32,000 nt of DNA from Acaryochloris marina MBIC11017 (GTDB lineage Bacteria; Cyanobacteriota; Cyanobacteriia; Thermosynechococcales; Thermosynechococcaceae), in NCBI RefSeq assembly GCF_000018105.1, contig NC_009925.1, forward strand, positions 4,110,001 to 4,142,000. Direction: 5' to 3'. Both the position numbers and the translations under genes were made by a program. Shown one piece after another: positions 1 through 10,504 of the stretch. The notes under the pieces were generated by a model. It was given only the letters and a program-made list of their open reading frames with translations. It ran no database searches and was not told the origin of the DNA. Every line of letters starts with the position of its first letter. The first letter of the stretch is position 1.

Positions 1-733
1 GCTCTAACCCATTGGCTTTCATCGCTGTGGGTTTAGCCGCACGGTGGAGCGAAAGTTCCGGCAAGATAGCTGCAACTTGACGGTAGTGATGCAATAGTTG
101 ACGACTAAATTGCAGCGGAATTTGATAGTGGGGCTCTACCGTTGGCCACTGTTGTAATAGGGCATCAAACGCTGCCAATTCATGCGGTCGAGTGAGTTGA
201 ATACGCGACCGTACACTCTGGAGCACCTGATGTACCGTTTCAGGAATAAAAGAGAACTGAAAACATGCCCCTTGTTCGGCAGAGGACTTTAAAGTAGCTA
301 TCCAACAAAAAGAAGCCGTCAGTACTAGGCAAAATCGTTCTGCTAATTGTGGATCAGCGGGGAGTAATGGAATCGTCTGGGCAGACTGAGTAGGTGATTC
401 AGCCTTCGTCCGAGCACAGGGAGGCAACTGTAATGCAGTTCCATTGGTGGGGATTAAGGCCCAGGTATGGAAATGGGCAAATAAGCCTAAATCGCTCAGC
501 AGAGGCGTCGGCCCCGTCAAGATCAAACCTTGAAGCCGGTCAGGATTGGACGGGTTCCCCCCTGTTTGGCTAATATTTTTTTCCTGGGTCGTCAGCAACA
601 TGGCTAGGAGCGTACCAATCGCAGCATGCCATTCCGTTTCAGCTTGAGTGGATTGAGGTTCAGCCCACCAATCTAAGTCTGGCTCGCTCTCCCGAAACCC
701 TTCGCTAATTGTCGGCAATACCCATGCATTCAC
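1..733 (-). CDS. Hypothetical protein; its 3' part runs off the left edge. It is absent from the supplied ORF track because it has no stop in the window.
   Basis: I translated the minus strand by hand. The frame is open from the stop-bounded position 796 down to base 1 (...EWHAAIGTLLAMLLTTQEKNISQ...FCLVLTASFCWIATLKSS...FSFIPETVHQVLQS...). Candidate starts are GTG 733, TTG 718 and ATG 601. I recognised no family with confidence; a sensory DICT-like domain is only a guess. Confidence 0.45.
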   Translation of the reverse strand, partial: MNAWVLPTISEGFRESEPDLDWWAEPQSTQAETEWHAAIGTLLAMLLTTQEKNISQTGGNPSNPDRLQGLILTGPTPLLSDLGLFAHFHTWALIPTNGTALQLPPCARTKAESPTQSAQTIPLLPADPQLAERFCLVLTASFCWIATLKSSAEQGACFQFSFIPETVHQVLQSVRSRIQLTRPHELAAFDALLQQWPTVEPHYQIPLQFSRQLLHHYRQVAAILPELSLHRAAKPTAMKANGLE

Positions 734-980
734 GGTTGCAACTGCCTCTCCTGTTGGTGCAATGGCTGAAATACGACTTCTTTGAAGATAGCGATTTTAC
801 CCCCATTCCCCCAGCAGTAGAACCGAACGTTATTGGCGAAATGTCCCTGCTTATTTGTTTCGCATCTTACTGGAATTATGGCCTGCGTTCTCCCTGACAA
901 CCTGAGACCATCAATAGCGTTAAGATAGTTAAACCTAATCCCCTATGATTGGATTAGAGCCGCGATATTAAGGTGCATCC

Positions 981-2069
981 ATGCCTCCCTTTGCTGGAAT
1001 TTTCATCATGATCGGTATTCTAGGACTGCTGATTGCTGTCCATGAATTAGGTCACTTTCTTGCTGCGAGACTGCAAGGAATCCATGTAAATCGCTTTTCC
1101 ATTGGTTTTGGTCCGGTCTTATGGAAATACCAGGGTGAGCAAACTGAGTATGCTTTGCGGAGTATTCCCTTGGGGGGGTACGTCGGATTCCCAGATGAAG
1201 ATCCCGAGAGTTCGATTCCCTTGACCGACCCAGACTTGATGCGCAATCGACCCGTGTTAGACCGGGCCATTGTCATCAGTGCCGGGGTGATTGCCAACAT
1301 GATTTTGGCCTATGTGCTCCTGGTTGCAGAAGTTGGCATTGTTGGGGTTCCCGGTGGTGTCCAGTACCAGCCAGGGGTGTTAATTGCTCAAGTGGCAACG
1401 GATGTGAGTTCTGTGGCTGCTAATGCAGGTATCCAATCGAGAGACATTGTCCTCGCCGTTGATGGACAGCCCCTAGGCCAAGCAGAAGCGGCTCGGGATT
1501 CCCTGATGAAATCCATCCAAGACAACGATGGTCAGCCCATTCAGTTGCATATTAAACGGCAAGACCAAGAGCTAGACATCAGCATTATTCCTGAAAGAAC
1601 GGATGAGGGCTTAGCTCGTATTGGGGTTCAGCTCGCTCCCAATGGTCGTTTAGTGCGTCGTCCGATTCAACATGTCGGCGAGTTGTTTGGTACTGCGGCC
1701 CAAGAATTTCAGAAAATTGTGGGCTTTATGGCTCATACCCTTAGTGAATTGGTGGGTAATTTTAGAGAATCCGCCAGCCAAGTTGCAGGTCCTGTGGGTA
1801 TTGTTGCCATTGGTGCTGATATGGCGCGAACGGATATGAGCAGCCTGTTCCAGTTTGCCGCAGTCATTAGCGTCAACTTGGCTTTTATCAATATCCTGCC
1901 GCTACCGGCGTTAGATGGTGGCCAATTAGCGTTCTTACTCCTGGAAGGACTCCGAGGGAAGCCATTGCCTAACAAGATTCAAGAAGGTGTCATGCAGGTT
2001 AGCCTCTTTCTCTTGTTGGGGCTGGGGGTATTTATGATTGTTCTGGATACCGCCAAACTGATGACTTAG
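981..2069 (+). CDS. rseP: Site-2 (RIP) zinc metalloprotease, M50 family, with an internal PDZ domain
   Basis: ATG start. HELGH zinc motif in the first TM segment (LLIAVHELGHFLAAR). Central PDZ-like segment. C-terminal NILPLPALDGG (LDG) motif. Multiple hydrophobic segments. Confidence 0.9.
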   Translation: MPPFAGIFIMIGILGLLIAVHELGHFLAARLQGIHVNRFSIGFGPVLWKYQGEQTEYALRSIPLGGYVGFPDEDPESSIPLTDPDLMRNRPVLDRAIVISAGVIANMILAYVLLVAEVGIVGVPGGVQYQPGVLIAQVATDVSSVAANAGIQSRDIVLAVDGQPLGQAEAARDSLMKSIQDNDGQPIQLHIKRQDQELDISIIPERTDEGLARIGVQLAPNGRLVRRPIQHVGELFGTAAQEFQKIVGFMAHTLSELVGNFRESASQVAGPVGIVAIGADMARTDMSSLFQFAAVISVNLAFINILPLPALDGGQLAFLLLEGLRGKPLPNKIQEGVMQVSLFLLLGLGVFMIVLDTAKLMT

Positions 2070-2072
2070 GCT

Positions 2073-2747
2073 ATGCCCCGACCTGCTGCCAAAAAAGTAA
2101 AGGCATTAGAATTACTCGATCGCCTTAAACAGCTCTATCCAGAGGCAACCTGTAGCTTGACCTATGAAACACCGGTTCAGCTCCTGGTGGCGACAATTCT
2201 GTCGGCTCAGTGTACGGATGAGCGGGTGAATCAAGTGACCCCAGCCCTGTTTGAAGCCTATCCAGATGCCCTTGCCTTCGCCGAAGCGGATCGGGATGCA
2301 CTAGAGACGCTCATTCGCTCAACAGGGTTTTATCGCAACAAAGCCAAGCATATTCAAGGGGCTTGCCAAAAGATTGTCAGGGACTTTGACGGCCAGGTTC
2401 CGAATCAAATGGATCTTTTGTTAACCCTACCTGGAGTGGCCCGCAAGACCGCTAATGTTGTCCTAGCCCATGGTTATGGCATTAATATGGGGGTCACCGT
2501 AGATACTCATGTCAAGCGCTTAAGCAATCGGTTGGGGCTGACTCGTCATCAAGATCCCGTCAAAATTGAGCAGGATTTGATGAAGCTGTTACCCCAGGAA
2601 GACTGGGAAAACTGGTCGATTCGCCTGATTTATCATGGCCGAGCTGTTTGTAGTGCTCGGAAACCCACTTGCGATCGCTGTTCTTTGACGGATCTCTGTC
2701 CGTCAGCGGGTAAGGTTACCCCAGCTCGCTCTGCCAAAAGTCAGTGA
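2073..2747 (+). CDS. nth: Endonuclease III (DNA glycosylase / AP lyase)
   Basis: HhH-GPD signature LPGVARKTANVVL, catalytic Lys in DTHVKR, and a C-terminal 4Fe-4S cluster loop CSARKPTCDRCSLTDLC (C-x6-C-x2-C-x5-C). The gene starts 4 nt after the rseP stop. Confidence 0.92.
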   Translation: MPRPAAKKVKALELLDRLKQLYPEATCSLTYETPVQLLVATILSAQCTDERVNQVTPALFEAYPDALAFAEADRDALETLIRSTGFYRNKAKHIQGACQKIVRDFDGQVPNQMDLLLTLPGVARKTANVVLAHGYGINMGVTVDTHVKRLSNRLGLTRHQDPVKIEQDLMKLLPQEDWENWSIRLIYHGRAVCSARKPTCDRCSLTDLCPSAGKVTPARSAKSQ

Positions 2748-2825
2748 AATCTTTCGAAAAAAAGGACAAGATTCGTTAAGATAGAAAATACTGTTTAAAT
2801 TTTTGATTGGACATCCCACAACTTC

Positions 2826-3128
2826 ATGGCTAAAAAAGGCATGGTTGAGCGCGAGAAAAAGCGACAAAGACTCGTCGCTAAATACGCTCACAAGCGCCAA
2901 GCGCTACTCGAACAAATTTCTCAAGCCTCCTCTCAGCAAGAGCGGATGGATCTGCACCGACAGCTTCAACGTCTACCTCGGAATAGCGCGCCAACTCGCT
3001 TGCGCAATCGTTGCTGGGTCACTGGGCGGTCTCGGGGCTATTACCGAGATTTTGGCTTATCCCGACATGTATTACGGGAAATGGCCCACGAAGGTTTATT
3101 GCCAGGTGTCACTAAGTCTAGCTGGTAG
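2826..3128 (+). CDS. rpsN: 30S ribosomal protein S14 (long form without zinc ribbon)
   Basis: [20 protein letters not shown]...[41 protein letters not shown] is a near-canonical S14. It is 100 aa and has only one Cys, so it is not the CxxC zinc type. Confidence 0.95.
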   Translation: MAKKGMVEREKKRQRLVAKYAHKRQALLEQISQASSQQERMDLHRQLQRLPRNSAPTRLRNRCWVTGRSRGYYRDFGLSRHVLREMAHEGLLPGVTKSSW

Positions 3129-3155
3129 TACTCTTCTATCTACAATACTTAAGTC

Positions 3156-3189
3156 ACAGCTTCTCTATAGTTGCAGGGGAGCTGTTTTG
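3156..3189 (+). terminator. Rho-independent terminator downstream of rpsN
   Basis: ACAGCTTC (3156-3163) pairs with GGAGCTGT (3178-3185), including one G-U pair. The hairpin is followed by TTTT. Confidence 0.5.
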
Positions 3190-3256
3190 GCTTGTTCAGA
3201 TTATGGATAAACGATGGCCAGCCATACCTGCTTGCCAGACTGGAGGATGGTGCTGA

Positions 3257-3589
3257 TTAGGATTGTCCGCAGCAGGTATCAATGCCTAAACTATTGAGGA
3301 GCAGATCGCTGACTGCATTGGCTACGGCAAACTCACTGTAAAAGCTTTTGGAAAAATCAAATCCTTGCATCTCAGTCAGAATCGCGATTAGCAAGCAACC
3401 CACATCATTTTCGCCTTCCATCCGCTGTCGTAAGTAAACGGAAGACGCTCGTTCCGCGATTTTGTCATTGACAATTTCCGGCAGAAACTCCCGGTCGAGC
3501 CATGTATGCAAAGCCTGGCGTAACCATTCAGCTTCTTGTTCTGGGCTGCTACAGGGCGGTAAAGTTACGGCGGGGATGGGCTCAATCAT
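3257..3589 (-). CDS. Small conserved hypothetical protein (110 aa)
   Basis: ATG start. Clean 333-nt ORF with an acidic helical composition. It sits upstream of the coiled-coil gene on the same strand. No family recognised. Confidence 0.55.
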   Translation of the reverse strand: MIEPIPAVTLPPCSSPEQEAEWLRQALHTWLDREFLPEIVNDKIAERASSVYLRQRMEGENDVGCLLIAILTEMQGFDFSKSFYSEFAVANAVSDLLLNSLGIDTCCGQS

Positions 3590-3638
3590 GATGGTTGGCT
3601 AAATTGCTGCTTGTATTCAATATAAGCAATTTTGCCCA

Positions 3639-4280
3639 TTATGAGGCGGAACTCTGCAAATGAGAGCGACCATTTTGAATAACGCGCGTCATATGTCCGA
3701 GTCGATCTTCGAGTTCTCTAAGTACTTGCTCTGCATACCGATCGGCTTCTAGCTGGATTTGCTCACATTCGGCTTGGGCCGCTTGGCGCATGGCCTCAAT
3801 TTCTTGCTGAGTTTGGCGTCTAACCCGCTCTACTTCTGAGATATTACGCTGACGCATGGTCTCAATTTCACCCTGCACTTGTTTACGCAAATGCTGAGCT
3901 TCCATTTCAGCCTGCTGGATAATCGTGAGTTCATCCGCGATTTGGGCAGCCCGCTGTTCAGCGGATTGGATCAGCTCCTCGGCATATTGGTTAGCCCGAT
4001 TGATAATATCTTCTTTGTTTTGCAAGATATTCTCGGCCGATCGAATGGTATCTGGAATGCTTCGTTCTACGGCTAAAAGCTGAGATAAAAGCTGTTCTTC
4101 GTCCACCACAGTGCGACGGGTTAACGGCATCTTTAAGCCGTCTAGGACAATAATTTCTTCTAGGCGCTGCAGCTGTTGCTGCAATTCCAATCCTTGGGAT
4201 TGATGAGCCGCTAGTCCGTGGGCGTACTCGGTGCCGTTGGCGGTGGTATCGACACTGAAGGTGGAGTCTTGGTGAAGCAT
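3639..4280 (-). CDS. Coiled-coil protein (DivIVA-like / ATP-synthase-b-like heptad region)
   Basis: Q/E/R/A-rich heptad sequence ([18 protein letters not shown]..., [30 protein letters not shown]). The listed ATG start overlaps the coaD 3' end by 70 nt; an internal start at Met51 ([15 protein letters not shown]) is possible. Confidence 0.65.
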   Translation of the reverse strand: MLHQDSTFSVDTTANGTEYAHGLAAHQSQGLELQQQLQRLEEIIVLDGLKMPLTRRTVVDEEQLLSQLLAVERSIPDTIRSAENILQNKEDIINRANQYAEELIQSAEQRAAQIADELTIIQQAEMEAQHLRKQVQGEIETMRQRNISEVERVRRQTQQEIEAMRQAAQAECEQIQLEADRYAEQVLRELEDRLGHMTRVIQNGRSHLQSSAS

Positions 4281-4741
4281 TCTTCTAACTCAATGGCAAC
4301 GTTTTCAGGGACAAGATGAGCAACTGATCCACCAAACTTGGCAATCTCTTTGACTAAGCTACTGCTGAGAAAGCTATATTCGTTGGAGGTGGCCAGAAAC
4401 ACAGTTTCGATATGGGGAGATAAGCTGTGGTTGGTATGAGCCATTTGTAGCTCATACTCAAAATCGGACAACGCCCTCAACCCCCGCAACAACACTTGCG
4501 CTTGCCGCTTTTGCGTATAAGTCACTGTTAGTGTATCAAATGTGTCAAGCTCTAAGTTGGCAAGGTGCTGGGTACAGGTTTGAATTTGCTGAATGCGTTG
4601 TTGAACCGAAAACAAAGGCGCTTTGTTGGGATTGCGAGCTACGGCAACAATGACTGATCCAAACAAGTTGCATCCTCGTTCAATAATATCGAGATGCCCT
4701 AAAGTAATGGGGTCAAAACTGCCAGGATAGACTGCAATCAT
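4211..4741 (-). CDS. coaD: Phosphopantetheine adenylyltransferase
   Basis: N-terminal [23 protein letters not shown] (nucleotidyltransferase T/HxGH motif) and typical CoaD length. It also has an unusual Pro-rich tail of about 20 aa ([20 protein letters not shown]). Confidence 0.9.
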   Translation of the reverse strand: MIAVYPGSFDPITLGHLDIIERGCNLFGSVIVAVARNPNKAPLFSVQQRIQQIQTCTQHLANLELDTFDTLTVTYTQKRQAQVLLRGLRALSDFEYELQMAHTNHSLSPHIETVFLATSNEYSFLSSSLVKEIAKFGGSVAHLVPENVAIELEECFTKTPPSVSIPPPTAPSTPTD

Positions 4742-4928
4742 ATTTTGGGTGCTTGGTTGAGGCGATTATAGTCTAATCTCTCCAACTTTGAGATCCTAAA
4801 AACAAAAAAAATGCTAATGTTTTTTCTCATTTGCGCCTAATTAATCTAAAGACTTGTGGGTCTCTAGTTCTTGCTTTTCTCTCCCTGTATTCTTTGAGTC
4901 TATTTTGTAGTTTGAAAGTGTCTTGATC

Positions 4929-6443
4929 ATGCCCCTGCAAATTTACAACACCCTGAGTCGGACCAAAGAGCCGTTTACAACCCTCGAAGCTGGCAAAGTG
5001 CAGTTCTACTGCTGTGGGGTGACGGTCTATGACTATTGTCATTTGGGCCATGCTCGGTCTTATATTGTTTGGGATATTGTTCGGCGGTATCTGCAGTGGC
5101 GGGGATATGACGTTACCTATGTGCAGAACTACACGGATATTGACGATAAGATTCTCAAGCGGGCGGCAGAGACAGGGCAAGATTGGCAGGCTGTAACCCA
5201 GACCTTTATCCAGGCCTATGAAGCAGATATGGCTCGCCTCAATATCTTGGCAGCCGATGCTTATCCCAAAGCCACTGAATCGATACCGGCCATCATTAAT
5301 CTGATCCGAGACCTCGAAACAAGGGGGGTGGCTTATGCTGCCCAAGGCGATGTCTACTTTGCCGTTGAAAGGTTTCCAGGTTATGGAAAACTCTCTGGAC
5401 GATTGCTCGATCAGATGGAAGCAGGGGCCAGCGGTCGCGTCGAACAGCTTGAACCCGCTGAGCAAAAGAAACGCCATCCCCTAGATTTCGCTCTGTGGAA
5501 AGCCACTAAACCTGGCGAACCGAGCTGGGACTCTCCCTGGGGACCTGGGCGTCCCGGATGGCATATTGAGTGCTCGGCCATGGTGAATCAATGCTTAGGT
5601 GCTGAAATTGATATCCATGCGGGGGGCTCAGATTTAGTTTTTCCCCACCATGAGAATGAGATTGCCCAATCGGAAGCGGGTTTAACCCCCCGACTAGCCC
5701 GCTACTGGATGCATAACGGGTTTGTGAATGTTGGCGGGGAAAAGATGTCTAAGTCCCTGGGGAACTTCACGACCATTCGCCAGCTTTTGGATACACCCTT
5801 GCCGATTTTGGCAGGGAAAACCCTGCATCCTATGGCTTTAAGACTGTTTGTTTTGCAAGCCCAGTATCGCAAGCCGATTGATTTTACCGATGATGCGATC
5901 GCAGCCGCGCAGCAAAGTTGGCAAACTCTGAAAGAGGGGCTGCTGTTTGGCTATGACTACGGGGCTCAACTGCAATGGTCAGACTATACCGATCCAGATT
6001 TTGGCAATCCCGCCAATATGCGAATTCCAGATCCGAATGTTGCGGTTCAGCGGTTTCAACTCGCCATGGATGATGACTTTAATTCGCCCAGTGGATTAGT
6101 TGTCTTATTCGAACTGGCTAAGGATTTACGCAAAGCCGGTAATATTCTCAGTCATCAAGGCGAAACGTCTACCACGAGTGAACAGCTTCGAGAGCAGTGG
6201 CAAACTTTAGTCTGCTTAGCCCAGGTATTGGGCCTGGAGGCTCAACCTGACTCTGATGCAGCCTCCACAGATTCGGAAGATGGCCTCAGTGAGCAAGCGA
6301 TTGAAGCCTTGATTGAGGAGCGACAGGCGGCTCGCCAGGCTAAGAACTATGCCGAAAGCGATCGAATTCGAGATCAGCTCAAAGCAGAAGGCATTACCCT
6401 AATCGATCAGGCTGGTGGGGTCACTCGGTGGTTGCGGGAATAA
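4929..6443 (+). CDS. cysS: Cysteine--tRNA ligase
   Basis: HIGH-type motif (CHLGHARSY), KMSKS motif present, GWHIECS zinc/cysteine-binding region. The track start at 4923 is TTG; the first ATG is at 4929 (MPLQIYNTL). Confidence 0.95.
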   Translation: MPLQIYNTLSRTKEPFTTLEAGKVQFYCCGVTVYDYCHLGHARSYIVWDIVRRYLQWRGYDVTYVQNYTDIDDKILKRAAETGQDWQAVTQTFIQAYEADMARLNILAADAYPKATESIPAIINLIRDLETRGVAYAAQGDVYFAVERFPGYGKLSGRLLDQMEAGASGRVEQLEPAEQKKRHPLDFALWKATKPGEPSWDSPWGPGRPGWHIECSAMVNQCLGAEIDIHAGGSDLVFPHHENEIAQSEAGLTPRLARYWMHNGFVNVGGEKMSKSLGNFTTIRQLLDTPLPILAGKTLHPMALRLFVLQAQYRKPIDFTDDAIAAAQQSWQTLKEGLLFGYDYGAQLQWSDYTDPDFGNPANMRIPDPNVAVQRFQLAMDDDFNSPSGLVVLFELAKDLRKAGNILSHQGETSTTSEQLREQWQTLVCLAQVLGLEAQPDSDAASTDSEDGLSEQAIEALIEERQAARQAKNYAESDRIRDQLKAEGITLIDQAGGVTRWLRE

Positions 6444-7398
6444 ACCCTTCTTCTTGAGGCTTCGTGCCAATGATGGTGCGGTGGCGTGGATCGCTTGCCG
6501 TGGTGACAGTATGTTCAAAGCCAGCTGCTGTTAACGCAGACTCTACATCAAAGGTGTAGTAGTCATCACTCCAAGGCTCTGTGCTTTTCATCAAGGTGAA
6601 TAGCGCAGGCGGTAAATTTTGGATCACGGGAGATTTGGGGTTGTTGTCGACGAGGGCTATGCATCCCCCTGGCCTCAGAATTCGCAGTGCCTCTGCAAAA
6701 ATTTGCTGGGTTATCTCTCGGGGCAGTTCGTGAATCACAAATTGGAGGGTCACCAGATCCAATGCAGAATCGGGTAGCCCCGTCTCTTCTGCTTTTCCAT
6801 GGTGCCAAGTGATTTCCTGGTTCACATCCCGTTTGTGGGCAATCGCCAGCATATAGGGAGAGAGATCTAGGCCAGTGGTATGGACTGGATGAGCTTGAGT
6901 GGACTGATAGTAGCGATGGAGGGCAAAGGATGAAATCCCTACTGAACAGCCCATATCCAAAATATGGGTCACTTGGGCCGGACCATAGTCGGCCAGGACT
7001 TGATGAAAACTAGCCCGTAAACGGTCTTGGGCCATTTCCCAGGTCAGATCTTCTTGGGGCCAAACCCGTAATGCCATGGCATAGGTTGCGGATTCGGCTT
7101 CAAAAGCAGCAGGCCAGCATAAATTACCGTGTTCATAGGCATGGAAAGGCACTTGATAATAGTCGGGATAGACCAAATTCGGATTGTTCGTCCGGTCAAA
7201 GAAATCTTGGGTATTGGAGGTGGCTAATGTTTGGTAGTTTTGGCGCCAAGGCACCCCATTCTTCTCGGCTGTCTTAATCAGCACCTGGCGGGCTTGCCGT
7301 TTCATGACGGCATAAATGGGCTTGGTCTGAATCAGGAGATTGACTAATTTCGAGAGCCAATCTTCTCCTGCCCAGTCCGGCTTAAGCTTCAGAGTCAT
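6421..7398 (-). CDS. Class I SAM-dependent methyltransferase (325 aa); substrate unknown
   Basis: Motif I ILDMGCSVGISS, post-I LDLSPYML, motif II DLVTLQFVIHELP and motif III LRILRPGGCIALVD. The 3' end overlaps the cysS 3' end convergently by 23 nt. Confidence 0.8.
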   Translation of the reverse strand: MTLKLKPDWAGEDWLSKLVNLLIQTKPIYAVMKRQARQVLIKTAEKNGVPWRQNYQTLATSNTQDFFDRTNNPNLVYPDYYQVPFHAYEHGNLCWPAAFEAESATYAMALRVWPQEDLTWEMAQDRLRASFHQVLADYGPAQVTHILDMGCSVGISSFALHRYYQSTQAHPVHTTGLDLSPYMLAIAHKRDVNQEITWHHGKAEETGLPDSALDLVTLQFVIHELPREITQQIFAEALRILRPGGCIALVDNNPKSPVIQNLPPALFTLMKSTEPWSDDYYTFDVESALTAAGFEHTVTTASDPRHRTIIGTKPQEEGFIPATTE

Positions 7399-7912
7399 AT
7401 CAAGAAATGCAGAGGGCTTGGACTTTTATTGTAAAAGGGGAGTGTCCCCCATTTATAGATATCTGGGATCAGGTGCTGATGGGATGGCACCGAGATGAAG
7501 TGAATCCCTTAAGATCACTGAGATTTTTTTGTTCAAACGGAAAAATGATTTTTTTGGCGATGATCTGGGAATGATCTGTATTAGCCCTTCCCCAATGTAA
7601 ATGATTCAACACTCCCAAAAATATGAGGTTAGAATCATTTTTATAAACTTCCAAATCGACCTGATGACATTTTGGCACTGTCCTAGTTCTCCTATTTCTT
7701 GAGTTTCCCGAAAAGAAAGATGGAGAATTTATTCTTGCTGTTAAGTCCGGTATTATCACGATTAGTGAAAAATCGTAAAATCAGGCATGTATAGAAGAAT
7801 ATAAGCGTAAAATCGCTTGTAAATTCTTGAATCTGGCGACCGTCTTGCCTTGACTATCCCCATTTCATAAATTCTCGTTTTCTCGCTGTTACTGATACCT
7901 GCCAGAACGCTT

Positions 7913-10501
7913 GTGCAAGATACCACTCAGCTCGGTGTGAATGTGATTCCAGGAGATATCACATCCCCTACGCTTAGAGAAGCTCGTAGTCATCCTCCCC
8001 AAGCCGGACAGTCTGGTTCGGGTTCTCCTGGGAAAAGAGTCAGTCGCGCCCATCATCTGCTGGTGATCAAAACCAGCGACCATCAGCAAACCGTCGTCTT
8101 AGAAGCGGCCACCTATTCTATTGGACGCCATCCCGCTAATTCCATTGTGTTGAATATGGGCACCGTCTCCCGCCAACATGCGCTATTGCTACGGATTCAT
8201 GAACCGAAGACGGGCAATCATTTCTTTCGTATTATTGATGGCAATATTCAAGGGCGGCGTAGCCGTAATGGCTTATGGATTAACGGGAAGCGCCGCTTTT
8301 CTCATGATCTCAAAGATCAGGAAATCATCTCTTTTGGCGAGGATATTCAAGCCACCTATCACTTAGTCACGGGGTTCCCCGAAGAGTATGAGCTCGATGA
8401 CTTGCTTGCTGTCAACTCTTTAGATCCGCCTAGTCCTTCGTCCCTCAGTACTCAGACCCTCCTGCCCTCCGATACAGAATTACGCAATTTGGGAGAAGCG
8501 GCCCTGGTTCGTCTCTCCTCTTTTCCGGAGTTAATGCCCCATCCCATCATTGAAACAGATTTTAGCGGCAGCATCACTTACATTAATCCGGCAGCGGTGG
8601 CTCAATTTCCAGATATTTTAGAGTCCGATCAGCATCCGCTGTTGCAGGGGTTTTTATCTGAGGTCAAGAAAGCGCACAATACCTACTTTGTGCGGGAAGT
8701 ACATGTTTGCGATCGCGTCTTCGAACAGTCTATTCACTGCATGCCGGAAAGTCAGGTGATTCGCAGTTATCTGGTCGATATTACCCAGCGTAAACGGGCC
8801 GAACAAATTCTCCGAGAAAGCGAAGAACGCTATGCCGCAGCGGCTCGAGGGGCTAATGATGGACTCTGGGACTGGCACTTGCGATCCAATCGGGTGTATT
8901 TTTCCCCCCGCTGGAAAGCGATGATTGGCTATGAAGAAGATGAAATTAGCGATCGCTGCGAAGAATGGCTTGATCGGCTTCACCCCAGCGATCGGGATCG
9001 GCTCAAGCAAGAATTATCGATGCATCTCAAGGGTGAAACGAATCACTTTCAAAGTGAATTTCGCCTGCGTCATAAAAATGGAGAATATCGCTGGTTCCGC
9101 AGTCGGGGTATGGCCTTGAGAGATACGGATCAGCAGCCTTACCGCATTGCGGGTTCCCAGACGGACATCACGGAATATCACTTAGCCCGAGAGCAGTTGG
9201 TGCACGATGCCCTCCATGATGCCTTAACCTGCTTACCCAATCGGGTATTATTCATGGATCGCCTCACCCAGGCCATTAAGCAATATCAGCGCCACCCTGA
9301 GGATCAGTTTGCCACTTTATTTTTGGACTTAGATCGGTTCAAAATTATCAACGATAGTCTGGGCCATATGATTGGCGATCGGCTGTTAATCGAAGTGGGG
9401 AATCGACTGCAATTTTGCCTGCGCGACCAAGATACCGTTGCTCGCATTGGCGGGGATGAATTTGTGATTTTGTTGAACACCATCCAGAATATGGAGCATG
9501 TTCTCCAGACCGCTGAGCGAATCCAACAGCAGTTAAAGCAGGCTTTTAGCATTGAGGGCCATGAGATTTTTACGGGCACTAGTATCGGGATTGCCCTGAG
9601 CAGCCCTGAATACCAACATGCGGAAGAATTGCTGCGAGATGCGGATACCGCCATGTACCGGGCCAAAAACCTTGGTAAAAATCGGTACGAAATCTTTAGT
9701 AGCAGCATGCGATCGCAAGTGCTGGCCCTCTCTCAACTCGAAAATGATCTGCGGCGAGCCATTGATCGGCAAGAGTTTCAGCTGTTCTATCAACCAATTG
9801 TGTCCTTAGATACCCAAAACCTAGTGGGGCTAGAGGCCTTGGTGCGTTGGCATCATCCAGAACGGGGCTTAATCTTGCCGTCGGAGTTTGTACCGATGGC
9901 GGAAGAGGCCGGTCTGATTATTCCCTTAGGCGGGTGGGTATTGGCCCAAGCCTGTCGTCAAATGCAGCTGTGGCAACAGCATTACAGCTTGGCCACGGAT
10001 TTACAGCTCAATGTCAATATTTCGAGTCGGCAATTTTCTCAACCCAACTTTGTCAACGATATTCATGCCGTTCTCGAGGACACGAATTTACCCTGTCACC
10101 GTCTTAAGCTAGAGATTACCGAAGGGGTGCTCATGGATCATGCCTCAGATGTGGCCGATAAGCTGGATGCTATTAAGACCTTGGGCATCAAACTGGGCAT
10201 TGATGACTTTGGCACTGGCTATTCTTCCTTGAATTATCTGAATGCGTTCCCAGTGGATACCCTTAAAATTGATCGCTCCTTTGTGGGGCGCATGAGTTCT
10301 GAAGAAGGATTTGAGATTGTCAGAACTATTGTCAACCTAGCCCATAACCTTCATATGGATGTGGTGGCGGAAGGCGTAGAGCTAGAGGAGCAAGCCGAAG
10401 AACTGACCCAAATGAATTGTGAATATGCCCAAGGCTATTTATTCTCAGAACCTACGGATACAGTGGGCATGGAGGACTTCCTTCTCAACTATTGCAATTA
10501 G
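7913..10501 (+). CDS. FHA - PAS - PAS - GGDEF - EAL multidomain cyclic-di-GMP signalling protein
   Basis: FHA signature (YSIGRHPANSIVL...VSRQHALLLRI...GLWINGKR). PAS with the typical WDWHL...RVYFSPRWKAMIGY...HPSD segment. GGDEF site RIGGDEF preceded by an RxxD I-site (RDQD). EAL (EALVRW), DDFGTGYSSL and KIDRSF. The start codon is GTG, and there is no in-frame ATG before the FHA domain. Confidence 0.9.
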   Translation: MQDTTQLGVNVIPGDITSPTLREARSHPPQAGQSGSGSPGKRVSRAHHLLVIKTSDHQQTVVLEAATYSIGRHPANSIVLNMGTVSRQHALLLRIHEPKTGNHFFRIIDGNIQGRRSRNGLWINGKRRFSHDLKDQEIISFGEDIQATYHLVTGFPEEYELDDLLAVNSLDPPSPSSLSTQTLLPSDTELRNLGEAALVRLSSFPELMPHPIIETDFSGSITYINPAAVAQFPDILESDQHPLLQGFLSEVKKAHNTYFVREVHVCDRVFEQSIHCMPESQVIRSYLVDITQRKRAEQILRESEERYAAAARGANDGLWDWHLRSNRVYFSPRWKAMIGYEEDEISDRCEEWLDRLHPSDRDRLKQELSMHLKGETNHFQSEFRLRHKNGEYRWFRSRGMALRDTDQQPYRIAGSQTDITEYHLAREQLVHDALHDALTCLPNRVLFMDRLTQAIKQYQRHPEDQFATLFLDLDRFKIINDSLGHMIGDRLLIEVGNRLQFCLRDQDTVARIGGDEFVILLNTIQNMEHVLQTAERIQQQLKQAFSIEGHEIFTGTSIGIALSSPEYQHAEELLRDADTAMYRAKNLGKNRYEIFSSSMRSQVLALSQLENDLRRAIDRQEFQLFYQPIVSLDTQNLVGLEALVRWHHPERGLILPSEFVPMAEEAGLIIPLGGWVLAQACRQMQLWQQHYSLATDLQLNVNISSRQFSQPNFVNDIHAVLEDTNLPCHRLKLEITEGVLMDHASDVADKLDAIKTLGIKLGIDDFGTGYSSLNYLNAFPVDTLKIDRSFVGRMSSEEGFEIVRTIVNLAHNLHMDVVAEGVELEEQAEELTQMNCEYAQGYLFSEPTDTVGMEDFLLNYCN

Positions 10502-10504
10502 CCT

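Noticed and set aside
709-897. 62-aa plus-strand ORF upstream of rseP
   Set aside because: It overlaps the 5' part of the longer minus-strand ORF that runs off the left edge. It has no SD and no recognisable features.
2803-3210. 135-aa ORF overlapping rpsN in another frame
   Set aside because: rpsN in the alternative frame is a near-canonical S14. The 135-aa translation is low-complexity and has no family features.
4827-5477. 216-aa ORF on the minus strand
   Set aside because: It lies entirely antisense to the well-supported cysS gene. It has no recognisable motifs and the composition typical of a shadow ORF.
7469-7759. 96-aa ORF in the AT-rich region upstream of the GGDEF-EAL gene
   Set aside because: It sits in low-complexity AT-rich DNA. 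The translation looks random (many R, N, S and F runs). It is more likely promoter or leader sequence.
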